Origin: Campylobacterota bacterium
Lineage (GTDB): Bacteria > Campylobacterota > Campylobacteria > Campylobacterales > Sulfurimonadaceae
Length of the DNA: 10,955 nucleotides
Assembly (NCBI GenBank): GCA_034717975.1
Contig: JAYEMF010000105.1
Span: forward strand, 1-10,955
Direction of reading: 5' to 3'
This document shows, piece after piece, positions 1 to 6,915 of this stretch. Every line of letters begins with the position of its first letter. Position 1 is the stretch's first letter. The translations under genes and the position numbers were made by a program. Below the pieces are notes generated by a model. It searched no databases and was not told the DNA's origin. It worked only from the letters and a program-made list of their open reading frames with translations.

Positions 1-56
1 GAAAAAGAAATACTAACAATTAAGCCTACTAATAACAGTACTCTAAATAAAACCAA
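1..56 (-). CDS. 5' end of a probable secreted or membrane protein (partial, runs off the left edge)
   Basis: Manual translation from TTG at 56-54 gives MVLFRVLLLVGLIVSISFS..., which looks like a signal peptide. An SD-like AAGGG lies just upstream and an extended -10 sits at 86-94. Confidence 0.5.
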   Translation of the reverse strand, partial: MVLFRVLLLVGLIVSISF

Positions 57-85
57 TTTCGTACCCTTGCTTTATTTTTTTTTAC

Positions 86-94
86 ATTATAACA
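86..94 (-). promoter_or_regulatory. Extended -10 promoter (TGnTATAAT) for the partial leftward gene
   Basis: The minus strand reads TGTTATAAT at 94-86, about 30 nt upstream of the TTG start. Confidence 0.5.
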
Positions 95-261
95 AGTTGA
101 GACAGATCAAATCAAATCTCTATTACTTTTTCATTACGTCACTTTTTTTAAAATTTAATGGCAGTATAAAAATATTAAAAGGTACACTTATTATTCCAAA
201 ATAGATAACCCGCAGGCTAGTTTCATATTTGTAAAGTCAAACGCTATCGTAATAGTTAAAT

Positions 262-290
262 TTGACATCGTATTGTAATTACATTATAAT
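262..290 (+). promoter_or_regulatory. Consensus sigma70 promoter of the TA operon
   Basis: TTGACA (262-267), a 17-bp spacer, then TATAAT (285-290). SD AAGGAG at 304-309 precedes ATG 316. Confidence 0.85.
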
Positions 291-293
291 TAC
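274..293. promoter_or_regulatory. Probable antitoxin (AbrB/MazE) autorepression operator
   Basis: A perfect palindrome TGTAATTACA (274-283) lies in the promoter spacer. A second TAATTAC core 11 bp downstream (287-293) overlaps the -10. Confidence 0.65.
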
Positions 294-315
294 TTAATAT
301 GCGAAGGAGTATATA

Positions 316-576
316 ATGACAATGCTCACAAAAATAGGCAACTCACAAGGTGTAAGAATACCAAAACCATTAATTCAACAAGCTCACCTTGAAAATACAA
401 ACTTGGAATTTGAAATTCTGGAGAATGGTTTGTTAATTAAACCTGTTAACAACAGCGGTAGAGATAGTTGGAAAGAAAATATCAAAAAAGTTTTGTCTAA
501 AAATAAGAATTTAGAAGATGAAGCGGTGTTGGATGATTTTTTAAATGACAGTGATCTGGAAGATTATCAATGGTAG
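316..576 (+). CDS. mazE: AbrB/MazE/SpoVT-family antitoxin
   Basis: 86 aa. The N-terminal KIGNSQGVRIPK is the AbrB-fold signature and the C-terminal tail is acidic (EDEAVLDDFLNDSDLEDYQW). It overlaps the toxin start (ATGGTAG). Confidence 0.9.
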   Translation: MTMLTKIGNSQGVRIPKPLIQQAHLENTNLEFEILENGLLIKPVNNSGRDSWKENIKKVLSKNKNLEDEAVLDDFLNDSDLEDYQW

Positions 577-896
577 TAGATATCAAAAGATATGAAATTT
601 ACTTAGTTAAATTAAACCCGACTATTGGTTCTGAAATTCAAAAAACAAGACCTTGTATTGTGATATCTCCAAATGAGATGAATGTTTTAAAAACTGTTAT
701 CGTAGCCCCCATGACAAGTAAAGGATTTGACTTTGTTTTTAGACCAAAAATAAAGTTTGAAAATAAAAATGGACTTGTACTGCTTGACCAGATTAGAACA
801 GTTGATAAGAGCAGATTAGTTAAAAAAATTGGTGAAGTTGAGAAAAATAAGTCAAAAGACATTTCAGATATGTTGGTGAAAATGTTTGAGCATTAA
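570..896 (+). CDS. mazF: PemK/MazF-family endoribonuclease toxin
   Basis: 108 aa with motifs LNPTIGSEIQKTRPCIVIS, VAPMTS and DQIRTVDKSRL. It overlaps the antitoxin gene by 7 nt. Confidence 0.93.
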   Translation: MVVDIKRYEIYLVKLNPTIGSEIQKTRPCIVISPNEMNVLKTVIVAPMTSKGFDFVFRPKIKFENKNGLVLLDQIRTVDKSRLVKKIGEVEKNKSKDISDMLVKMFEH

Positions 897-946
897 GGGT
901 GCCTCAAAAATCCTTAATATTTTAGGTATTTTTTGTCCTCAATAGG

Positions 947-1609
947 TCAACGCTCATCCAGCTTCAATTGATACATTAGATTGCCTGCCGTGAATGCATA
1001 AAATGTGCTTATCGGAAAGCCTGAAGAACGGATCGCATCTGCACTCCAGGTATTGCAGTTATTGAACATATGAAACGACCCCTTTGCACGATAGAATCTG
1101 CTTGTACCATAGAGACCGCTTCCAAGTTTAATGATCTCTCTCTTCTCGTCCAGAGCAAAACTGTTATCGATGAAGTTGATCAGCCTGATAAAGCCTGTTT
1201 TTGAGAGTTCCAACTCAATGACTTCACTGTTGGAAAAATAGGCTACGGGATCTCTCTGGAGTGCAGTCACATGAAGAACCGAATCGGTAGGCCAGAACAG
1301 TGCTCTAATACCCATCCAGAGTGTTGTCTCATCTGCCGGATAATAGGCCGCATCACCCCATCCTATCTCCAAATAGCGGGCACTTTTAAAATCATCAAAG
1401 GCATGCATATAAGGATCTGCATCTTTTTTGGGCAATACAATGCCGGTATGTCCTCCATAGGTATTGACGATGTATACTGTTTTATTATCGCTCCGATCCG
1501 GGTCCGGTGGATAGATTGCGCTAACAGGTTTTGCGCAACCGGTCATCATGGTGATAGAAAAGAGTATCAGGCTTGTCGCCAAGCCTTGCAGATAACGGTT
1601 GCATTTCAT
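947..1609 (-). CDS. DUF2459 / TIGR02117-type lipoprotein
   Basis: 220 aa with a signal peptide ending in lipobox-like MTGC (Cys25). Family-like motifs are HTGIVLP, EIGWGD, RALFWPT.SVLHV and FNNCNTW. Confidence 0.8.
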   Translation of the reverse strand: MKCNRYLQGLATSLILFSITMMTGCAKPVSAIYPPDPDRSDNKTVYIVNTYGGHTGIVLPKKDADPYMHAFDDFKSARYLEIGWGDAAYYPADETTLWMGIRALFWPTDSVLHVTALQRDPVAYFSNSEVIELELSKTGFIRLINFIDNSFALDEKREIIKLGSGLYGTSRFYRAKGSFHMFNNCNTWSADAIRSSGFPISTFYAFTAGNLMYQLKLDER

Positions 1610-1625
1610 AAGAGACCTTTGCTCA

Positions 1626-1631
1626 ATTATA
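1626..1631 (-). promoter_or_regulatory. -10 box for the DUF2459 gene
   Basis: The minus strand reads aggTATAATtgagcAAAGGtctcttATG, so this gene probably has its own promoter. Confidence 0.5.
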
Positions 1632-1682
1632 CCTTTTCCTCGAATTCTTCTGCTTGACTCTTCTTCTATCTCTTGAGCGATA

Positions 1683-3116
1683 TTACCCTTTGATGCAGAC
1701 CTTTGGGCGCAAAAACGCTACGCGGCGGGCCAATCCTGCCTTCTCCGTCACCTTGGCGACTTCGTGGACATCTTTATAGGCCTCGGGAGCCTCTTCGGCG
1801 ATGCCGCGCATGGAATCCGAACGAATGTGGATACCTTCATTTTCGAGGCGGTGAAGTACTTCTGTCCCCCGCCACTGTTTTTTTGCCTGATTGCGGCTCA
1901 TGGCACGTCCGGCACCGTGGCTGGCAGAAGCGAAGGAGCGTGCCTCGGAGCTGTCGCTGCCCGCGAGGATGTACGAACCTGTTCCCATGCTGCCGCCGAT
2001 GATTACCGGCTGGCCTACGCTTCGGTACGCGGAAGGGAGCTGTCGATGTCCCGGACCGAACGCCCGGGTCGCCCCTTTTCGGTGCACCCATAAGCTGCGC
2101 TCTTTACCATCTACGATATGGCGTTCCTCTTTGCAGGTGTTGTGGGAGACGTCATAAAGGGTATCGACACTGCTGCCGCTAAAGAGCATCTCAAATACTT
2201 CCCGTGTCAGGTGCGTCAGTATCTGGCGGTTGGCCAGGGCACAGTTGATCCCCGCATGCATCGCGCCGATGTAGCGCTGTCCGGCATTTGAGAGTATCGG
2301 TGCACAGGCGAGCTCGCGGTCGGGGAGGGTAATGCCCAGGCGTCTCGCCTCTTTGGCGAGGGTGATCATATAGTCGCTGCCGATCTGGTGCCCCAGTCCG
2401 CGCGAGCCGCAGTGGATGGAGACGAGGATCTGCCCTTCACTGACGCCAAAAGCGCGGGCTGCTTCTGCGTCGTAGATCTTCTCCACCACCTGCACCTCAA
2501 GGTAGTGGTTCCCCGAACCCAGCGTCCCCATCTCACCGAGCTGCCGCTTCTTGGCCAGATCGGAGACGAAGTCGGTCTCCGCGTTCTCCATGTAGCCACC
2601 CTCTTCGATAAACGCAAGATCGTCCTGAAGGCCGTACCCCTGCTTGACAGCCCACTTTGCCCCTTTCCGAAGCATTTCATCGAGTTCCGGAAGACTCAAG
2701 CGCAGATGACCGGTTGTACCGAGACCTGCGGGTATCCGGGCGTAAAGAAGGTCGGCAAGGCTCTCAAGGTTGTCGGCGATCTCATGCAGTTTAAGGTCCG
2801 TGCGGAGGCAGCGGATACCGCAGGAGATGTCAAATCCAACCCCTCCGGCAGAGATAATGCCTCCCTCTTCCGCGTCGAAAGCGGCAACGCCGCCGATGGG
2901 AAAGCCGTAGCCCCAGTGTGCGTCGGGCATCGCCATCGCCGGACCGACCAGACCCGGCAGCATCGCGACGTTGCGGATCTGTTCGAGTACCTTATCGTCC
3001 ATCGTCCGCAGCAGCGTCTCGGAGCCATAGAGCAGCACCTCCGAGCGCTTCTCGTGAATGGAATGGGGCAGTCGCCAGCTATAGCTGTTGATCTGTTCCA
3101 GTTGCTGAATATTCAT
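1683..3116 (-). CDS. rtcB: RtcB 3'-phosphate/5'-hydroxyl RNA ligase, long archaeal/eukaryote-like type (477 aa)
   Basis: Motifs MPDAHWGYGFPIGGV, GGVGFDISCG, GTLGSGNHYLE, IHCGSRG, HRKGATRA, GGSMG, SHGAGR and EEAPEAYK are present. The start is reassigned to ATG 3116 (MNIQQ), which follows SD AAAGGA; the ORF-track start at 3251 lies inside the archease gene. Confidence 0.96.
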   Translation of the reverse strand: MNIQQLEQINSYSWRLPHSIHEKRSEVLLYGSETLLRTMDDKVLEQIRNVAMLPGLVGPAMAMPDAHWGYGFPIGGVAAFDAEEGGIISAGGVGFDISCGIRCLRTDLKLHEIADNLESLADLLYARIPAGLGTTGHLRLSLPELDEMLRKGAKWAVKQGYGLQDDLAFIEEGGYMENAETDFVSDLAKKRQLGEMGTLGSGNHYLEVQVVEKIYDAEAARAFGVSEGQILVSIHCGSRGLGHQIGSDYMITLAKEARRLGITLPDRELACAPILSNAGQRYIGAMHAGINCALANRQILTHLTREVFEMLFSGSSVDTLYDVSHNTCKEERHIVDGKERSLWVHRKGATRAFGPGHRQLPSAYRSVGQPVIIGGSMGTGSYILAGSDSSEARSFASASHGAGRAMSRNQAKKQWRGTEVLHRLENEGIHIRSDSMRGIAEEAPEAYKDVHEVAKVTEKAGLARRVAFLRPKVCIKG

Positions 3117-3127
3117 CGCCGATCCTT

Positions 3128-3538
3128 TTAGACATCTACAATACAGCGCGCTTCCCAATGGCCGTCTCTCTCTTCGACTGAGAGCATCGTCAATGTTGCG
3201 CCTTTGACCTCGACGCCGCGCACGATCTCCTGGCTCCATGGTACTCCCCACGCCTTCGTGTGCCAGAGCGCCCCTTCACGCCGGAGTTCGAACCGTCCCA
3301 GGATGATAGAGCGGCTCTGGGCATGGGCGAGAAGGTAGTTGAGCCAGCGTATCAGGGCGAACTCCGTATCCTCCTCTTCAAACGTAAAGCTTACCTCGAT
3401 CTTCAGCGGTTCGCTCAGCTCTTCGGCCATGATGGCGAACATCGCTTTCGCAGCCGACTCAAAGGCATATTCCAATGTCGACCCTTTGCCGACAATACCG
3501 ATATCTGCGTCGTGATCGAAATAAGCAAACTCATCCAT
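3128..3538 (-). CDS. Archease (RtcB activator)
   Basis: 136 aa with N-terminal DHDADIGI, C-terminal EVKGAT and a terminal IVDV, all archease hallmarks. It ends 11 nt upstream of rtcB. Confidence 0.93.
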   Translation of the reverse strand: MDEFAYFDHDADIGIVGKGSTLEYAFESAAKAMFAIMAEELSEPLKIEVSFTFEEEDTEFALIRWLNYLLAHAQSRSIILGRFELRREGALWHTKAWGVPWSQEIVRGVEVKGATLTMLSVEERDGHWEARCIVDV

Positions 3539-3544
3539 AGAAAT

Positions 3545-3550
3545 ATCTTA
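3545..3550 (-). promoter_or_regulatory. Candidate -10 (TAAGAT) giving a leaderless archease-rtcB transcript
   Basis: The minus strand reads TAAGAT-atttct-ATG, with 6 nt between the hexamer and the start and no SD. Confidence 0.5.
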
Positions 3551-3604
3551 GCCACTTTTGCGGCTTAATGCAAAATGAAGAGCAGCAGATCAGGGAAATT
3601 TAAC

Positions 3605-3634
3605 TTGACTTTCCATTTACATCTAGGTTATTAT
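3605..3634 (+). promoter_or_regulatory. Candidate sigma70 promoter for the nfeD operon
   Basis: TTGACT (3605-3610), an 18-bp spacer, then TATTAT (3629-3634). Confidence 0.35.
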
Positions 3635-3675
3635 GAGTTATAGTTATCTTTAATACCAGACTACAGGTGTGCAAG

Positions 3676-4971
3676 ATGAAACGCTTACTCTTTTTGTTAC
3701 TACTGACACTTTTACCGCTTCTCGCCACTGCTTCTACGATTGTAAAATTAGAGATAAAAGGTACCATCGGTCCTGCCAGCAGCAGTTATCTCAAAGAGGG
3801 AGTGGCTGTTGCAGCGCGGCAAAATGCCCAGATGATACTGATCGAACTCGATACGCCCGGAGGTCTCTCTACCTCTATGCGGGAGATGATCCAGGAGATC
3901 ACGAACTCTCCGCTTCCCGTCATCATCTATGTCTCTCCAAAAGGTGCCCGTGCTGCCAGCGCCGGAACCTATCTTCTCTACGCTTCCCATGTGGCAGCCA
4001 TGGCACCGGGAACAAATCTTGGTGCCGCCACTCCGATCAACATGATGCCTACACCGAAGGTGGCTGACTCAAATGCTAGTACCATCTCTACGCTCGAGAA
4101 AAAAGCGATCAATGACGCCATGGCTTACATCAAAAGTCTGGCCGAACTGAATGATCGAAATGTCTCCTGGGCTCTGGGCGCTGTAAAAGAGGCCAAAAGC
4201 ATCTCTGCCGAAGATGCTCTGCGCTTTGGTGTCATCGATCTGATGGCCGACGATACTAAAGAGCTGCTGAGCAAACTTGAGGGCAGAAGTGTCGTCGTCT
4301 CCGGCAAGAGCATCACACTCACCACCGAAGGCGCAGTGATAGAGTATTTTGAAGCGGATTGGAAAACCCGTTTTCTAGCCATCATCACCAACCCCAATAT
4401 TGCCTATATGCTTCTGCTCATCGCCATATACGGTATCTTTTTCGAGTTGATGAATCCGGGCGCGCTATTCCCCGGCGTCATTGGGATGATCTCCGGGGTG
4501 ATCGCACTTTATGCATTGAACATGATCCCTTTTAATTATGCGGGACTGCTGCTGATCATTCTGGGCATCTCCTTTATGGTCGCAGAAGTCTTTATAAGCG
4601 GATTTGGTATTTTGGGGATTGGAGGGGTTATCGCTTTTGCCTTTGGTTCGCTGCTGCTCTTTGATGCCGATACCCTCGGCAGTAGTGTATCTCTCCCGCT
4701 GATCATCGCTTTCAGCCTGGTCAGCCTCGCCTTTTTCATTTTGGTGATGCGGCTCTTTTTACGTTCCCGATCGGCCAAAGTGGTGAGTGGTGCCGAGGAG
4801 ATGGTCGGTGCTGCCGCTGAAGTGCTTGAAGTAAGCGAGCAGGGCTACCGTGTTCTCTGCCATGGCGAAACATGGAGTGCAGCGAGTGAGAGCAAGTTGA
4901 CAGTCGGCCAGAAAGTTCAGGTTGTAGAACGCCTGGGTCTTATCTTAAAAGTTAAACCAGTTGAGGAGTAA
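3676..4971 (+). CDS. nfeD: Long-form NfeD: membrane-bound ClpP-class serine protease with TM region and C-terminal OB-fold
   Basis: Signal peptide MKRLLFLLLL.., then LDTPGG, AASAG (catalytic Ser), PGTNLGAA.P and EKKAINDA (Lys of the dyad), a hydrophobic segment, and C-terminal HGETWSA. The in-frame GTG at 3667 is an alternative start. Confidence 0.92.
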   Translation: MKRLLFLLLLTLLPLLATASTIVKLEIKGTIGPASSSYLKEGVAVAARQNAQMILIELDTPGGLSTSMREMIQEITNSPLPVIIYVSPKGARAASAGTYLLYASHVAAMAPGTNLGAATPINMMPTPKVADSNASTISTLEKKAINDAMAYIKSLAELNDRNVSWALGAVKEAKSISAEDALRFGVIDLMADDTKELLSKLEGRSVVVSGKSITLTTEGAVIEYFEADWKTRFLAIITNPNIAYMLLLIAIYGIFFELMNPGALFPGVIGMISGVIALYALNMIPFNYAGLLLIILGISFMVAEVFISGFGILGIGGVIAFAFGSLLLFDADTLGSSVSLPLIIAFSLVSLAFFILVMRLFLRSRSAKVVSGAEEMVGAAAEVLEVSEQGYRVLCHGETWSAASESKLTVGQKVQVVERLGLILKVKPVEE

Positions 4972-4974
4972 ACA

Positions 4975-5736
4975 ATGTTTTTCGATCTGCCTATGACAGG
5001 AATCTATATAGCTGCCTTTGTGATCGCCTTGTTGGCGATGGCAATCCGTATTTTACGTGAATATGAACGTGGTGTGATCTTCACGCTTGGACGTTTTACC
5101 GGTGTCAAAGGGCCGGGGCTCATTATCCTGATCCCTTTCATCCAGCAGATGGTGCGTGTCGACCTTCGTACCATCGTGCTCGATGTACCTACGCAGGATG
5201 TTATCTCACACGACAATGTATCGGTTCATGTCAATGCCGTAGTCTATTTCCGTGTGCTTGACCCGGAAAAAGCGATCATTCAGGTGGAAGATTTTTATAC
5301 AGCCACCAGTGAGCTTGCACAGACGACGCTGCGTTCAGTACTTGGCGGGCATGAACTCGATGAGATGCTGGCTGAACGCGAACGGCTGAATTTCGATATT
5401 CAGGAGATCCTCGATAAACAGACCGATGCATGGGGGATCAAGATATCGAATGTGGAGATCAAGCATATCGATCTCGATGAGAGTATGGTACGCGCCATTG
5501 CGAAGCAGGCGGAAGCCGAGCGTGAACGCCGTGCCAAAGTGATCAATGCCAAAGGGGAGCTTGAGGCGAGTGAAAATCTGCTTGAAGCGGCCCATAAACT
5601 GAGTCAAAACGATCTGGGAATACAGTTGCGCTATCTTCAGACTATGAGTGATATCTCCAGTGACAAGACCAATACGCTGATCTTTCCTTTTCCGACAGAG
5701 TTGAGTAAATTTTTTAAAGGGAGTCCAAAAGAGTAA
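4975..5736 (+). CDS. SPFH/band-7 stomatin-like (slipin) protein
   Basis: An N-terminal TM helix, then [40 protein letters not shown]...VE and QLRYLQT. It starts 3 nt after the nfeD stop. Confidence 0.95.
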   Translation: MFFDLPMTGIYIAAFVIALLAMAIRILREYERGVIFTLGRFTGVKGPGLIILIPFIQQMVRVDLRTIVLDVPTQDVISHDNVSVHVNAVVYFRVLDPEKAIIQVEDFYTATSELAQTTLRSVLGGHELDEMLAERERLNFDIQEILDKQTDAWGIKISNVEIKHIDLDESMVRAIAKQAEAERERRAKVINAKGELEASENLLEAAHKLSQNDLGIQLRYLQTMSDISSDKTNTLIFPFPTELSKFFKGSPKE

Positions 5737-5742
5737 GCAGAG

Positions 5743-6915
5743 ATGGCGCACTTAAAAGAGATCGAAAATCGTCTGTTAACGATATCAAGCTGTGTCAAAG
5801 AGGTTGATGTCAAAGAACTTGAGGGGAAAGTGATCGCTTCTATCTATCCCGATTTCGAAGCGTTGAAAAAGCGGCAGATCATCAATATAGAAGAGGAGCT
5901 TAAATGGTATGCCGTCGAACTTTACAATCTCGATCCCATTGAAGGTATCAGACTCGATGGTTACGAGATCGTGCAAGAGGCAAAAGCAGAAGCTGTTGAA
6001 AACGAACCTGACGATGAAGTGTATCGGGAGCTGAAAAGATACCTAAGCAGTGTGAGTATCCATCCGGTTTTCCCGTCGTCGCATCTGGAGCTTGACCTTG
6101 GGCTCGATTCACTTGAATATGTGATGCTCTTTATGTTTGTCGAAAAAAGCTACGGGCTTCATCTGGATGAAAAACAGTTTTCCACTCTGATGATCATGGA
6201 AGATCTTTATCGCTGGGTCAAAGAGCATAGGAAAAAAACTGATGTCGTAGCGGTGAAGTGGAGCGATATTTTACAAGAGAAGGGCAAAGAAAAACTTATC
6301 TATTCACCCTGGGTCATGATGGCATGGAAGATCGTTTTATGGCCGTTTTTCAAACTCTATTTTCGTCTGAAAGTCACCGGAAGAGAGAACCTGCCAGATG
6401 CCCCTTTTATCATCGCACCGACACATTACAGTATGCTTGACGGTTTTGTCGTTCTCGCCACGTTGCCGTCGTCTGTTTTAAAAAAGAGCTTCTTTCTGGC
6501 CTATGAAGGGGAGTTTGGAACCCAGCGGCTTGGGCCCGTCGCCAAACATTCCCAAATGCTTCTGATCGATATCGACAAAAACCTCAAAGCATCGCTTCAA
6601 CGAACGGCACTGCCGCTTATAGAGTCTCAGAACCTGGTTATTTTTCCCGAAAATGCCCGCTCACGCGATGGCAAACTGCTCCCTTTCAAACGCTATTATG
6701 CCATTCTTGCAAAAGAGCTGAACGTCCCTATTGTCCCGGTAGTGCTCGATGGCACGTTCGAGGCGATGAGAGCCGGAATACGCTTTCCCAGACCGGCCAA
6801 GGTACGTGTGAAGTATTTGTCTCCGGTCTATCCGGATGGGCTGACTTACGAAGCGATCAATGATCAGGTGAAATCCGCCATAGAGAAATCAATGCGTACA
6901 ACGCCGTTACGTTAG
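5743..6915 (+). CDS. Carrier-protein (phosphopantetheine) domain fused to a PlsC-like lysophospholipid acyltransferase, with an N-terminal acyl-ligase-like stub
   Basis: ACP motif LELDLGLDSL (Ser123), acyltransferase HX4D motif (H228-YSML-D233), FPENARS and VPIVPV. It starts 6 nt after the SPFH stop. Confidence 0.8.
   Translation: MAHLKEIENRLLTISSCVKEVDVKELEGKVIASIYPDFEALKKRQIINIEEELKWYAVELYNLDPIEGIRLDGYEIVQEAKAEAVENEPDDEVYRELKRYLSSVSIHPVFPSSHLELDLGLDSLEYVMLFMFVEKSYGLHLDEKQFSTLMIMEDLYRWVKEHRKKTDVVAVKWSDILQEKGKEKLIYSPWVMMAWKIVLWPFFKLYFRLKVTGRENLPDAPFIIAPTHYSMLDGFVVLATLPSSVLKKSFFLAYEGEFGTQRLGPVAKHSQMLLIDIDKNLKASLQRTALPLIESQNLVIFPENARSRDGKLLPFKRYYAILAKELNVPIVPVVLDGTFEAMRAGIRFPRPAKVRVKYLSPVYPDGLTYEAINDQVKSAIEKSMRTTPLR

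Noticed and set aside
75..83. T9 homopolymer as a phase-variation tract
   Set aside because: Such runs are expected in very AT-rich intergenic DNA and nothing here shows variability.
200..946. TA pair as an integron cassette
   Set aside because: No convincing attC structure (RYYYAAC...GTTRRRY with inner repeats) flanks mazEF, and no integrase is visible.
1683..3116. Intein in RtcB, or a tRNA/Y-RNA gene beside the ligase
   Set aside because: The length and motif spacing leave no room for an intein, and no cloverleaf or T-loop motif is visible in the adjacent intergenic regions.
2388..3131. 247-aa antisense ORF and other short ORFs within rtcB
   Set aside because: These are mirror-frame or alternative-frame shadows in GC-rich coding DNA, with no motifs or translation signals.
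3117..3251. 45-aa N-terminal extension of RtcB in the ORF track
   Set aside because: It overlaps the archease gene and looks non-coding, while ATG 3116 has a good SD and gives a typical length.
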